From an uncultured Bacteroidaceae bacterium (lineage in GTDB: Bacteria > Bacteroidota > Bacteroidia > Bacteroidales > SM23-62): 64,000 bases of DNA. The stretch lies in assembly GCA_963777115.1 (NCBI GenBank), contig CAVZPP010000002.1, positions 1,355,834 to 1,419,833 on the forward strand, given 5' to 3'. Below the pieces are notes generated by a model. The model did not search any database. It had not been told where the DNA came from and saw nothing but the letters and a program-made list of their open reading frames with translations. A program made the translations under genes and the position numbers. Positions 31,128 through 41,045 of the stretch are shown here, piece by piece (positions within the stretch are counted from its first letter, which is position 1; each line of letters starts with the position of its first letter).

Positions 31128-32631
31128 TTATAACCATTCAGGCATAACACCTGGAACAATATCAAAATATTTCCCCCCGAACAGCCACATCATTATTACT
31201 ACCACAAGAATGCCAATCATATTCAACAGGAACCCGGTTCTGATCATGGTAGCAATCCGGATTTTGTTTGTGCCGAATACTATGGCATTTGGAGGGGTAG
31301 CCGTTGGCAGCATGAAGGCAAGTGATGATGCCAGGGTGGCTGGAATCATAAACAATATTGGATTATTCCCGCTGGATACTGCAAGTGCTGCAAATACGGG
31401 CAGCAACATTTGGGTGGAGGCAACATTGGAGGTTAACTCGGTCAGGAATGACATTAGTGTTACAATGGCCAGGAGGATGAATAAAGGATGGATGGACTGG
31501 GTCCATGAAAGTTGTTCTCCAAACCAGAGGGCGAGGCCACTGGACTGAAATCCTTGGGCGAGTGCAAATCCCCCGCCGAACAGCAACACAATATTCCAGG
31601 GCAATTTCTGGGCTGTTTTCCAATCCATAATCCTGCCGGATTTTTCTGATTTTGTTGGTATAATAAACAGAATAATTGCAATAAGCATTGCCACTGTCCC
31701 ATCATTAATATATTCCGGATATCCAAACAGGGTAGACCAGCCGGGCAATCGGAAATTTTCGAATTGTATGCCAGCTCTGAATATCCATAGGAGGGCAAGA
31801 CTTGCAAATAATAAGAAAACAATTTTTTCCTCGAAACTTGCCTTACCAAGCGCCTGGTACTCGTTTCTGAAGTGTTCCTTATCAATACCAGTCCATTTCT
31901 CCTTGGGGCGGTACATGAAATATACCACCAGCCAGATGGCCGCAAACATTATCAGTGTAATAGGCAGCGCAAAAAAGAACCAGTCTGCAAAGGATACCTC
32001 CGGAGCATTGGGATACAACAATGTCAGGATTTTAGGAAAAACCAGGTTAGTCGGTGTACCCACAAGGGTAGACATCCCGCCGACAGATGCACTATATGCA
32101 ATGGCAAGGAAAAGTCCTGTGGCATATTTTGACATATTCTTTCCTTTCGACGGTTTCTTCCAGGCTTACAATGATTGACATGACAATCGGGATCATCATC
32201 ATTGTAGTGGCGGTATTCGATATCCACATGGACAGAAATGCTGTTGCCAGCATAAAACCAAACAATATCCTACCCGGACTCACCCCTATTACCATTAGGA
32301 TTTTTAATGCTATCCTTTTATGCAGATTCCATTTCTCCATAGCCAGGGCCATGATAAAACCACCCAGAAAAATAAAGATGATATGGTTAATGTAAGTGCT
32401 TGAAACTTCCTTTCCGTTCAGGACTCCAAGCATTGGAAAAAGCACCAACGGCAAAAGAGCGGTGACGGAAAGCGGAATTGCCTCTGAAACCCACCAAATA
32501 GCCATCAACATGGTTACTGCAAATGCCCGTGTGACTTCCGGATGCCCTGGTTTCAGGTCGGTAAAAAGCAGAATAAAAAGAAATACGATGATTCCCAGGA
32601 AGAGTCCGATAAATTTTGATGAAATTTTCAA
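31128..32631 (-). pseudogene. DASS-family (SLC13-like) sodium-coupled di/tricarboxylate or sulfate symporter, frameshifted
   Basis: ORF 32092..32631 is the N-terminal half, with the hairpin motif SNTATTMMMIP. ORF 31128..32135 is the C-terminal half (KYATGLFLAIAYSASVGG, SNVASTQMLLP). They overlap in different frames, and the junction lies in an A-rich stretch around 32125-32150. Confidence 0.8.
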
Positions 32632-32649
32632 AGCTCTTATGTTTTTATT

Positions 32650-34041
32650 TTAAAGTTTCCAGGGCTTACGGTACTCGTAATGAAGTAGTTCGTTGGCCTT
32701 CTCCGAGTTTGTGATTATTTCCTTCTCGGCATCCCACTCAATACGCGTTCCTGTCTCCAGTGCAATATTTGCAAGATGGGCAAAGCTGGTGGACCGGTGA
32801 CCGTCTTCGAGTGTACAGAGAGGAGTACCTCCGGATTTTATGCAATCAAGAAAATTCCTGATAAGGTTACCGGTTGAATTCTCTTTAATACCTAGGTCCC
32901 CAATTTTTGAATCCCCTTCCAATGTATATTCTTTCTTTTCTGTAAGAGATTTCCAGTCCTGGAATTGTCCTGCTTTGGAAGGTTCTACCCTGTATCCATC
33001 CTGGTTTGCAACCAGTCTTGCTTTGCTGCCTCCAAGTTCCACTTCTCCTCCTTCGATTCTGCCTCCACTGGTAGCTTCATGAATACTAAACTGAACTACG
33101 GAACCTGAGTCAAATTCAAACAAAACTTCCATGGTATCTGGTATGTCCCTGTCGTCCTTTACACTGTATTTTCCTCCATGTGCTGATATAGAAGAGGGTG
33201 CCTTCTCTCCTATCATCCAACGGATAACGTCCATGTAATGAACACCCCAGTTGCCCATTTGCGAGGAATAATCTTTCCACCATCTGAAATAATAGGGAGC
33301 AATATTATACTGGTAGGGTCTGTAGGCCCTTGGTCCAAGCCACATGTCCCAGTCAAAATCTGCCGGTGGTTTTTCAGCTTTTAGAAGTCCAATTCCATCC
33401 GGGTACATATTACTCTGTCTGATCGCTCTTGCAAAACTCACCTTTCCAATGAGTCCGTTTGATACTTCAGGCGCCAGTTTCTGATAAACGGAGGATCCTC
33501 TTCTGTTTAAGCCAACCGCTACTACCTTGCCTGTCCTTTTCTGGGCATCGACCAGTGCGCGACCTTCCTTAATTGTTATTGTAAGAGGTTTTTCAACATA
33601 AACATCTTTCCCGGCCTCCATCGCCTGTATGGCCTGAACTGCATGCCAGTGATCCGGTGTGGCAATGCAGACTGCATCGATATCTTTTTGCTCCAGGAGT
33701 TTTCTGAAATCTTTGTAATACTGGATTTTATTCGGGAATTTTTCACCCATACGAGGGACTTTCCCCGAATCGATATAACGCTGATTTACAGCAGAGCGGT
33801 CCCGGTTCATATACGGATCATAGGCATCACATAGAGCCGCCACTTCCATATCTGGATTTTCCATGAACCAACCCAGGAGCTGGGACCCACGGTTTCCTAT
33901 TCCAATAAATCCAACCCGGATTTTTTCATTGGCACCCAGGATTGAAGAATTGGCGAGGGCACTCATTCCTACAGTAGCTCCGGCAGTAGCAAGAGAGGTT
34001 TTCTTAACAAAGGATCTTCTGGTTATTTTATGTTCTTTCAT
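32650..34041 (-). CDS. Tat-exported Gfo/Idh/MocA-family oxidoreductase
   Basis: 463 aa with a twin-arginine signal (ITRRSFVKKTSLATAGATVGMSALA). It has a Rossmann loop (RVGFIGIGNRGSQ) and the EKP motif (VYVEKPLT). Confidence 0.85.
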   Translation of the reverse strand: MKEHKITRRSFVKKTSLATAGATVGMSALANSSILGANEKIRVGFIGIGNRGSQLLGWFMENPDMEVAALCDAYDPYMNRDRSAVNQRYIDSGKVPRMGEKFPNKIQYYKDFRKLLEQKDIDAVCIATPDHWHAVQAIQAMEAGKDVYVEKPLTITIKEGRALVDAQKRTGKVVAVGLNRRGSSVYQKLAPEVSNGLIGKVSFARAIRQSNMYPDGIGLLKAEKPPADFDWDMWLGPRAYRPYQYNIAPYYFRWWKDYSSQMGNWGVHYMDVIRWMIGEKAPSSISAHGGKYSVKDDRDIPDTMEVLFEFDSGSVVQFSIHEATSGGRIEGGEVELGGSKARLVANQDGYRVEPSKAGQFQDWKSLTEKKEYTLEGDSKIGDLGIKENSTGNLIRNFLDCIKSGGTPLCTLEDGHRSTSFAHLANIALETGTRIEWDAEKEIITNSEKANELLHYEYRKPWKL

Positions 34042-34199
34042 GATTTAGGTATTAATTGAATACTAATATAGGAATATTTGTTTTTTCTGGTTCTGGGACG
34101 AAGTGGGCATAGAAGTACAATTCCACTATGGAGAGCATATGCTTGAAACCTGGTATGAATCCGGCGGAGGGATGCATACACCCATATGTATAGAAGTTC

Positions 34200-35567
34200 T
34201 TACTTCAGAAAAATCTCAATAACAGGTACCTCAACATCAGGCTTGTTTACAGGCATGTTCAGGTTGATGTCATTATCTCCCATTTTATCCGATGACCTGT
34301 GTCCACGTGGTCTGGTGATCCTGATTTCGGAAGCATCATGAAGGAATTGTGCATATTTAACTTTATCCTTGTAATCTTTTAAAAGAAAGTTTTGCAAGGG
34401 ATAATCCAGCAGATGGATATACAGCCTGTTCGATTCAGGATTGTAGGTAAGGAGGGTATTGGCAGGGACCTGGAAGTCCTCCGGAGCCTGTGTGCAGTTG
34501 TAGATGGAACGGTCATTTAACTTCATCCACTCCCCCATTCCCGCAAGCGCATTATCTGCTCTTTTATCAAATGTTCCACGGGCAGTGGGACCCACATTCA
34601 ACAGAAGATTCCCTCCTTTGGAAACGGATTCAATGAGCAGTACCAGTAATTGCTTATTATCTTTCCAGGTAAATTCATCCCGGTAATACCCCCAGGATCC
34701 GGAAAAAGTCTGGCAGGTTTCCCATGGAATTTTTTTACCGTCTACCTCGGGCCAGTTGTTAACTTTAAATTGCTCTGGAGTCGTAAAATCCCATCCTCCC
34801 TGGTAATCTTTCAAGTCCGCCCTGTCATTAATGATTATTTCAGGTTGAATCTCTCTGACCATCTTCAATAGCTCAACGGATCCCCAGTCATCCATGCCTT
34901 TCCCATTTTCACCAGGAAAAGAATAATCCAGCCAGAGTATATCAATTTTGCCGTATTTAGTCAGTATCTCCTTAACCTGGTTTTTCAGGTATTCACGGTA
35001 TACTGCCATATCCCTGTCCTTATTCAATTTATCATACTCTTTCTTTGTGCTGACTCGCTGGGGATGCCTGCTGTCAATGGTATAGTCCGGGTGATGCCAG
35101 TCAATAAGGGAATAATAAAAACCAACACCCAGGCCTTCGGCACGGAAGGCCTCAACCCATTCCTTTATGATATCCTTTTTATAGGGAGTATTGGTAACAT
35201 TGTAATCCGTATACTCTGATTCGAACATGCAGAAACCCTCATGGTGTTTGGAGGTAATGACTGCATATTTCATGCCTGCAGCCTTTGCCTTCTTAGCCCA
35301 ATCAGCAGGGGCAAATAAATCCGGGTTAAAAACATCAAAGTACTTCTGGTAATCAGAATCATTCATCCTTTCCCGGTTTTTTACCCATTCATGCCTGCCG
35401 GCCTGGGCGTACAATCCCCAGTGAATAAACATACCAAAGCGGGCATCGGTCCACCAGGACAGTCGTTCAGTTTTTTGTTCTTCCGTTTCATCCCAGATCT
35501 TGTTCTGGGCATTTGACAGGTTTGCAAGCAGAGCGCTTACAAGTAGGGTTAGAATCAGCTTTTTCAT
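34200..35567 (-). CDS. GH29 alpha-L-fucosidase, secreted
   Basis: 455 aa with a signal peptide. Motifs: ARFGMFIHWGLYAQAGRHEW, MKYAVITSKHHEGFCMFES, GFYYSLIDWHHPDY. Confidence 0.85.
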   Translation of the reverse strand: MKKLILTLLVSALLANLSNAQNKIWDETEEQKTERLSWWTDARFGMFIHWGLYAQAGRHEWVKNRERMNDSDYQKYFDVFNPDLFAPADWAKKAKAAGMKYAVITSKHHEGFCMFESEYTDYNVTNTPYKKDIIKEWVEAFRAEGLGVGFYYSLIDWHHPDYTIDSRHPQRVSTKKEYDKLNKDRDMAVYREYLKNQVKEILTKYGKIDILWLDYSFPGENGKGMDDWGSVELLKMVREIQPEIIINDRADLKDYQGGWDFTTPEQFKVNNWPEVDGKKIPWETCQTFSGSWGYYRDEFTWKDNKQLLVLLIESVSKGGNLLLNVGPTARGTFDKRADNALAGMGEWMKLNDRSIYNCTQAPEDFQVPANTLLTYNPESNRLYIHLLDYPLQNFLLKDYKDKVKYAQFLHDASEIRITRPRGHRSSDKMGDNDINLNMPVNKPDVEVPVIEIFLK

Positions 35568-35586
35568 TGGTTTTGCTTTTTTGATA

Positions 35587-36897
35587 TTATATTTCTAGTA
35601 CAATAATCTCATCCAATTTTTCCGGATCAATCTCGGGAAGAGTAAGAATGATGCCTTCTTCGTGTTTCTGGAATTTGACTTTTTCTCCAGAATCAAAGCC
35701 GTAAGCTTTTTTAATTTTTTGTCCCCCCATAGGAACGTAAATCACATTTTCTTCAGCTTCAAGAACATGTACAAATGTTTTGTTCCCTTTGGTAGTAGTT
35801 ACACCCCATGTTTTTGCTCCGGCGGGACCACCACGGGTACCGTAGATAGTTTCCCCATACTTATCCAGCCATGCACCCATTTCCCTGAGTGTCCGGATAT
35901 TATCTGGCTGAATTTTCCCGTTTGGCATTGGACCGGTATTTAGCAGCAGGTTGGAATTTTGTCCGGCTGCCCTGACCAGGAAGTGAATGAGCCGTTTTGT
36001 GCTTTTAAACCTTGTATCCTTGATATTAAAACCCCAGGATCCATTCATGGTCTCGCAGGTTTCAAGTGGAAGATCACCGATACCTGTCTGGTTGAATCCA
36101 GCTGTATTCTGTCCGGGCAGATCTTTCTCAAACATCTGGAAATCCTCACCAGGGATGGGCATAAGATGGTGGTTGCTTCCGATCAGTGCCTGGGGCTGAA
36201 GCTTATGGATCAGGGAATAGGTTTCATCAAGTTGCCAGTTTTCTCCTTTTTTATCCCACATCCCGTCAAACCAGATCCCTCCTATCTCTCCGTAGTTGGT
36301 AAGTAATTCAGTAAGCTGGGTATTCATGTAATCAATATAATTATTCCAGTCACCGCTTTCTTCCCTGCCTGTCCGGTTCCCGGTCCTTCCCCTGGGATAA
36401 TAATCCGGATGATGCCAGTCCAGTTGGGAATAATAGAAAAATAACTTTATTCCCTGCTTATCACATTCCTTCTTCAACTGGCCCAGTACATCTTTCCCGT
36501 AAGGAGTCCTGTCTACAATATTATAATCAGATACTTCCGAGTCATACATGGCAAATCCATCGTGATGTTTGGAAGTAATTGTGATGTATTTCATCCCGGC
36601 ATTCTTGACCATGGAAACCCATTCTGCCGCATCAAAATCAATGGGATTAAAAAACTCGGGCAGGTATTCATACTGATTAATAGGAATTTGCTTCCTTTCC
36701 ATGATCCATTCCGCAATACCCATATCTCCTCCTCCGCCCATAAGCGAATAGACACCCCAGTGAACAAATAGTCCGAATTTTGCATCCTGGAACCATTCCC
36801 TGGATTCAAGATTGGATTCAGAAGGCTGATAGTTTTCCTGTGCCGAGACAATGCTCAGCATGGCCAGCAGCATAATAATACTCAATGTTGTTCTCAT
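35587..36897 (-). CDS. GH29 alpha-L-fucosidase, secreted
   Basis: 436 aa with a signal peptide. Motifs: AKFGLFVHWGVYS, MKYITITSKHHDGFAMYDS, FFYYSQLDWHHPDY. Confidence 0.85.
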   Translation of the reverse strand: MRTTLSIIMLLAMLSIVSAQENYQPSESNLESREWFQDAKFGLFVHWGVYSLMGGGGDMGIAEWIMERKQIPINQYEYLPEFFNPIDFDAAEWVSMVKNAGMKYITITSKHHDGFAMYDSEVSDYNIVDRTPYGKDVLGQLKKECDKQGIKLFFYYSQLDWHHPDYYPRGRTGNRTGREESGDWNNYIDYMNTQLTELLTNYGEIGGIWFDGMWDKKGENWQLDETYSLIHKLQPQALIGSNHHLMPIPGEDFQMFEKDLPGQNTAGFNQTGIGDLPLETCETMNGSWGFNIKDTRFKSTKRLIHFLVRAAGQNSNLLLNTGPMPNGKIQPDNIRTLREMGAWLDKYGETIYGTRGGPAGAKTWGVTTTKGNKTFVHVLEAEENVIYVPMGGQKIKKAYGFDSGEKVKFQKHEEGIILTLPEIDPEKLDEIIVLEI

Positions 36898-36948
36898 GAT
36901 GAAATCAGTAGTTTAAATAGAATTATTGGTTGATAAGGCCTAAATATA

Positions 36949-38739
36949 CTAAACAGCAAACTGAAGTTCGCTTAAATTCCGGTAAATTCCGGACTTAAGT
37001 TTCATTAATTCCTCATGGGTTCCCTGCTCAACCAGACTTCCCTGGTCAAGTACCAGTATGCGATCCGCCTTTCTGACAGTGGCCAGGCGATGGGCAATTA
37101 CCAGGGATGTCCTTCCTTTCATCAATTTCTCCAGGGCATCCTGTACCAGGGATTCGGACTCTGAGTCAAGTGAAGAAGTCGCTTCATCTAGGATCAGTAT
37201 CTTCGGATTCTTCAACACAGCCCGGGCTATAGCAACCCTTTGTCTTTGTCCCCCGCTCAACTGTGTCCCCCTCTCTCCAACAACCGTATCCATTCCTTCC
37301 GGGAAACGGTCGATAAACTCGAGGGCATTGGCCTGAAGAGCTGCTCCCCTGATCTCCTCCTCGCTGGCACCGGGCCTTCCGTAGGCAATGTTTTCCCGTA
37401 TACTGCCACCAAATAAAAATATATCCTGGGGCACCAGGGAAATCTGCCTGCGAAGGATGGAGACAGGGATATCTGTCCCTTTCTTTCCGTCAAACCATAT
37501 TTCTCCTTCCACCGGATCATGAAGTCTCAGCAAGAGGGAAGTTAGGGTGGATTTGCCTGCTCCACTGGGACCAACAATGGCTATGAGCTGATTTTCATCG
37601 ATCTGAAAATCAAGATTCCGGATAACTTCTGCCTCCGATCGGGAGGGATAAGCGAAACTGACATCACGGAAGCGGATTTCACCCGTAAGTACATCTTCAT
37701 GCGAAATCTCTTTTACTTCTTCAATGGGTTCCTCATCAATATTGAAAATCTCAAAAAGATCCTCAGTAGCACCGATAAACCTCTGTATTCTTGTGATAAC
37801 ACTTGCCACACCCCCGATATTCCCTCCAATAAATCCTGAATAAAGTACGAAGGAGAACAATTCGCCGGCATCCATTTCGCCGGCAGCCAGCAGGGCAGAG
37901 CCCCTCCATATAACTGCTACCAGGGCACCGAATAATCCCAGTATCATGAAGGAGAAAAAGGCAGCACGGTACTTTCCACCTTTTATTCCAAGCTGGGCAA
38001 TCTCCAGGGTTCTTTCCCGGTAACGTGCCATCTCAAGATACTCATTGGTAAAGGCCTTAACACTGCGTATCCCTTGCAGGGTTTCTTCTACAATCGTATT
38101 GGATTCAGCCACCTCTTTCTGCATATCCCTGGAGTATTTCCGGATAAAGCGGCCAAAAAAGAATACCATCAATACCACTGCTGGCAAAATGGAAAGCATA
38201 AAAAGGGTTAGTCCGGGTGACATAAAAAGCAAATATCCAACCCCTCCAAAAATGATGATCATCTGTCGAAGGAAATCTGCCAGGGTTGATGTCATGGTGT
38301 CCTGAAGCAGGGCAATATCGGCAGAGATCCGTGAGTTCAGCTCCCCTACCCGTTTCTGTTCAAAGAATTTCAGAGGCAGGCGGATCAGGTGATTATAGGT
38401 ATCCTGCCTAAGGTTGGCAAGGGACTTCTCGGTAACATTTACAAAAAGTATGGTTCGGAAATAGGAAAAAGTGGACTGTATAACCAGGATAAGAACCAGG
38501 AGCTTTCCTATGTCATTAAGAGATTCAGTCAGGGTTCCCTCATTACCTGCACTTACAAGGTCTCCCAGTAATTTTGGAAAGGCCAGGCTTGCCAGTGAAC
38601 CTCCAAACAGGAAGAACATTCCCAGACCAAAGGAAAATGCAAAAGGACGTATGTACCTGTATAGCTTATAGGCATTTTTTAGTCCCCCAATCGTAATCTT
38701 CTTCTTTGGAATATCAGCCTCAACAGTCCTTCCAGCCAT
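36949..38739 (-). CDS. ABC transporter, fused permease/ATPase (MsbA/ABCB-type exporter)
   Basis: 596 aa. It has an N-terminal six-helix domain, Walker A (GPSGAGKST), the ABC signature (LSGGQRQRVAIARA) and Walker B (ILILDEATS). Confidence 0.9.
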   Translation of the reverse strand: MAGRTVEADIPKKKITIGGLKNAYKLYRYIRPFAFSFGLGMFFLFGGSLASLAFPKLLGDLVSAGNEGTLTESLNDIGKLLVLILVIQSTFSYFRTILFVNVTEKSLANLRQDTYNHLIRLPLKFFEQKRVGELNSRISADIALLQDTMTSTLADFLRQMIIIFGGVGYLLFMSPGLTLFMLSILPAVVLMVFFFGRFIRKYSRDMQKEVAESNTIVEETLQGIRSVKAFTNEYLEMARYRERTLEIAQLGIKGGKYRAAFFSFMILGLFGALVAVIWRGSALLAAGEMDAGELFSFVLYSGFIGGNIGGVASVITRIQRFIGATEDLFEIFNIDEEPIEEVKEISHEDVLTGEIRFRDVSFAYPSRSEAEVIRNLDFQIDENQLIAIVGPSGAGKSTLTSLLLRLHDPVEGEIWFDGKKGTDIPVSILRRQISLVPQDIFLFGGSIRENIAYGRPGASEEEIRGAALQANALEFIDRFPEGMDTVVGERGTQLSGGQRQRVAIARAVLKNPKILILDEATSSLDSESESLVQDALEKLMKGRTSLVIAHRLATVRKADRILVLDQGSLVEQGTHEELMKLKSGIYRNLSELQFAV

Positions 38740-38933
38740 GGTCTATCATTAAGGAATTGTTCGCAACAATAATAGATAAAAATATCCAATAATGCTTATA
38801 TATACATTTAGTCGTATTCCGCAGGTGTCAATTGAATCATTTTAATTGAAATGATATTGTCAAACAGTCTATATTTCTTGACATTGGGTCATTGTTAGCG
38901 TAACTTGAGATAATAACCAAAATCCTTAAAGCC

Positions 38934-39140
38934 ATGACAAACTCGGTCTACAAAATTATCGAACTGGTAGGTACCAGTACCGAATCCTGGGAAAAAGCTG
39001 CCACCAATGCCGTTGAACGGGCATCCAAATCCCTTAGAGATCTCCGGATTGCAGAAGTGGAAACCCTTGACCTTCAGATTAAGGACGGTAAAATTGAAGC
39101 CTACAGGGCCAAAGTTAAAGTCTCATTTAAATTTGAATAA
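38934..39140 (+). CDS. Dodecin-family flavin-binding protein
   Basis: 68 aa. VYKIIELVGTSTESWEKAATNAVERASKSLRDLRIAEV...YRAKVKVSFKFE matches the dodecin (PF07311) pattern. Confidence 0.8.
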   Translation: MTNSVYKIIELVGTSTESWEKAATNAVERASKSLRDLRIAEVETLDLQIKDGKIEAYRAKVKVSFKFE

Positions 39141-39166
39141 ATTCGGTGAATAGTACGCTTAGATTC

Positions 39167-39232
39167 AGGAATCGAGCGCTCCGGTCATAGGAATCAAGCG
39201 CTCCAGTCACGGGAGTCAGACCTTCCAGCGTT
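39167..39232. repeat. 22-bp tandem repeat: two good copies plus one degenerate copy, each around a GAGCGCTC-type palindrome
   Basis: The copies are AGGAATCGAGCGCTCCGGTCAT (39167-39188), AGGAATCAAGCGCTCCAGTCAC (39189-39210) and GGGAGTCAGACCTTCCAGCG (39211-39230). The repeat lies between convergent genes, and the third copy overlaps the 3' end of ORF 39216..39479. Confidence 0.7.
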
Positions 39233-39479
39233 CGAGACTGTGAATATGTGAAGTGAAGAACCAGCGTTTCAATGAGCTGTAACCCATTTCCTTTAATTTG
39301 TCTTTGACCAATCCGATCATTTCCTCTGCAGATGAGAAATTGTCCTCAAACTTCCCGTTAACATAGCAAAGACTGCAAAACTTATGTGTCTTTGTCCCGT
39401 CTTCGTTTGTTCCCCCGTGATTGGGGTCTTTATTCATAGGCATTCCGCAACTCTGGCAAAACCTGTCATATGTTCCCAT
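39216..39479 (-). CDS. Zinc-ribbon domain protein (Zn_ribbon_2-like)
   Basis: 87 aa. CQSCGMPM...GTNEDGTKTHKFCSLCYVNGKF has two CxxC pairs in the arrangement typical of the putative zinc ribbon family. Confidence 0.65.
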   Translation of the reverse strand: MGTYDRFCQSCGMPMNKDPNHGGTNEDGTKTHKFCSLCYVNGKFEDNFSSAEEMIGLVKDKLKEMGYSSLKRWFFTSHIHSLERWKV

Positions 39480-39480
39480 A

Positions 39481-39513
39481 ATAATATAGTTTGATTAGAA
39501 TATAGTCATTATT
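39481..39513 (+). promoter_or_regulatory. AT-rich box, second copy of the motif at 53851-53895
   Basis: ATAATATAGT (39481-39490) is followed by TTGATTAGAATATAGTCATTAT (39491-39512). The latter is identical at 21 of 22 positions to 53876-53897. The box lies between the start of ORF 39216..39479 (-) and the sugar-porter gene (+). Confidence 0.4.
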
Positions 39514-39650
39514 AGCGATTATATAATAAACAAATATATATTCCCATCCAAATTTCATTCTGGAATTTTATTAAGGATTAGCTATATTCACACTGTATTT
39601 AAAACATTTGTTTTTTAAACATTCTATCCTAATAAAAACATTTTCATCTA

Positions 39651-41001
39651 ATGCGCATTAAACCTACCCTGCTCCTGGCCGCTGTCGTTGCTTCGTTAGG
39701 GGGACTCCTTTTCGGATTTGATACGGCCGTGATTTCCGGCACAACGGACTGGCTTCAGAGCTATTTTGACCTGAGTAAATTTGCCCTGGGCTTTACGGTT
39801 GCAAGTGCAATCATAGGTACTATTGCAGGATCGATTATTGTCAGTAAGCCATCCGATAGATTCGGGAGACGCAATGTATTGTTCGTACTCGCATTACTCT
39901 ACCTGGTCTCAGCCCTTGGATCTGCACTTTCCCATAACTGGATCATGTTTTTGGTTTTCAGGTTTTTGGGTGGTATTGGTGTAGGAGGATCATCCGTGGT
40001 AGCTCCCATGTACATAGCAGAAATCACTCCTGCCCGTAAAGCGGGGCAGAATGGTTGCTGTCGTTCAGATGAATGTAGTAATGGGCATGCTGATCGCCTA
40101 CTTTTCAAATTACCTGATAGCTTCCTACAATCTTGGGGATATTGAATGGCGATGGATGTTCGGAGTGGAATCTGTACCCGCATTTTTGTTCTTCATTCTC
40201 CTGTTTTTTATCCCCTTTAGTCCCAGGTGGCTGGTGGGTAAAAACAGAATTAAGGAAGCGACCAGGGTACTGGAAAAATGCGGCACCGATAATGGCAATG
40301 TAGAAGATGAGATTGCTGAAATCAAGGCTTCAATTGAGCTTGAAACGGGAATTCAAAAAGAAAGGTTTTTCAGCCGTAAGTATGCACGGCCGATATTCCT
40401 GGCCATGACCATAGCCATTTTTAACCAGCTCTCAGGGATCAACGGGGTATTATACTATCTGAAGGATATTTTTGAAATGGCAGGTGCCGGCAATGCGGCA
40501 TTTCTACAGTCCGTCGTTACCGGCGGCACCATGGTCCTCTTTACGATGATTGCCATGAGCATTATTGATCGCTTTGGCAGGAAGCAGCTGATGATATACG
40601 GATCCATTGGTTATATCATAAGTCTTGGAGTAACAGCCTGGGCATTTTATACCTATGGGGATAATTTCAGTCAGGCTGGAAATACGGTCGTACTGATAAG
40701 TATTATGGTGTTTATAGCCGCTCATGCATTCGGACAGGGAACAGTAATCTGGGTATTCATCAGCGAGGTTTTCCCCAACCGAGTCAGGGCCAAGGGACAG
40801 GCATTGGGTAGCTTTACCCACTGGTTTATGGCCGCATTGATATCCTGGACCTTCCCGGTGATTGCTGATATTTCAGGGGGACATACATTCGCTTTTTACG
40901 CTGTTTGTATGGTGGGACAACTACTATGGGTTCTGTTAGTTATGCCTGAAACTAAGGGAATAAGCCTGGAAGCAATCCAGAAAAAGATGGGCATTAAATA
41001 A
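39651..41001 (+). pseudogene. MFS sugar porter (sugar:H+ symporter family), frameshifted
   Basis: ORF 39651..40145 has GGLLFGFDTAVISG, SDRFGRRNVLF and PMYIAEITPARK. ORF 40051..41001 has MVAVVQMNVVMGMLIA, PFSPRWLVGKNR and PETKGISLE. Removing one G from the run at 40041-40047 restores ...ITPARKAGRMVAVVQMN.... Confidence 0.85.
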
Positions 41002-41045
41002 GGACTACCTCAATCAATTAAGGACAAGTCCCAATCAAATAAAGA

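Noticed and set aside
39167-39232. Possible CRISPR-like array
   Set aside because: The 22-bp units are directly adjacent with no spacers. There are only two good copies, and there are no cas genes in the window.
39533-39545. 13-mer AATATATATTCCC shared with 58487-58499
   Set aside because: It is a short, low-complexity AT repeat in AT-rich intergenic DNA. There is no extended similarity on either side, so a chance match is plausible.
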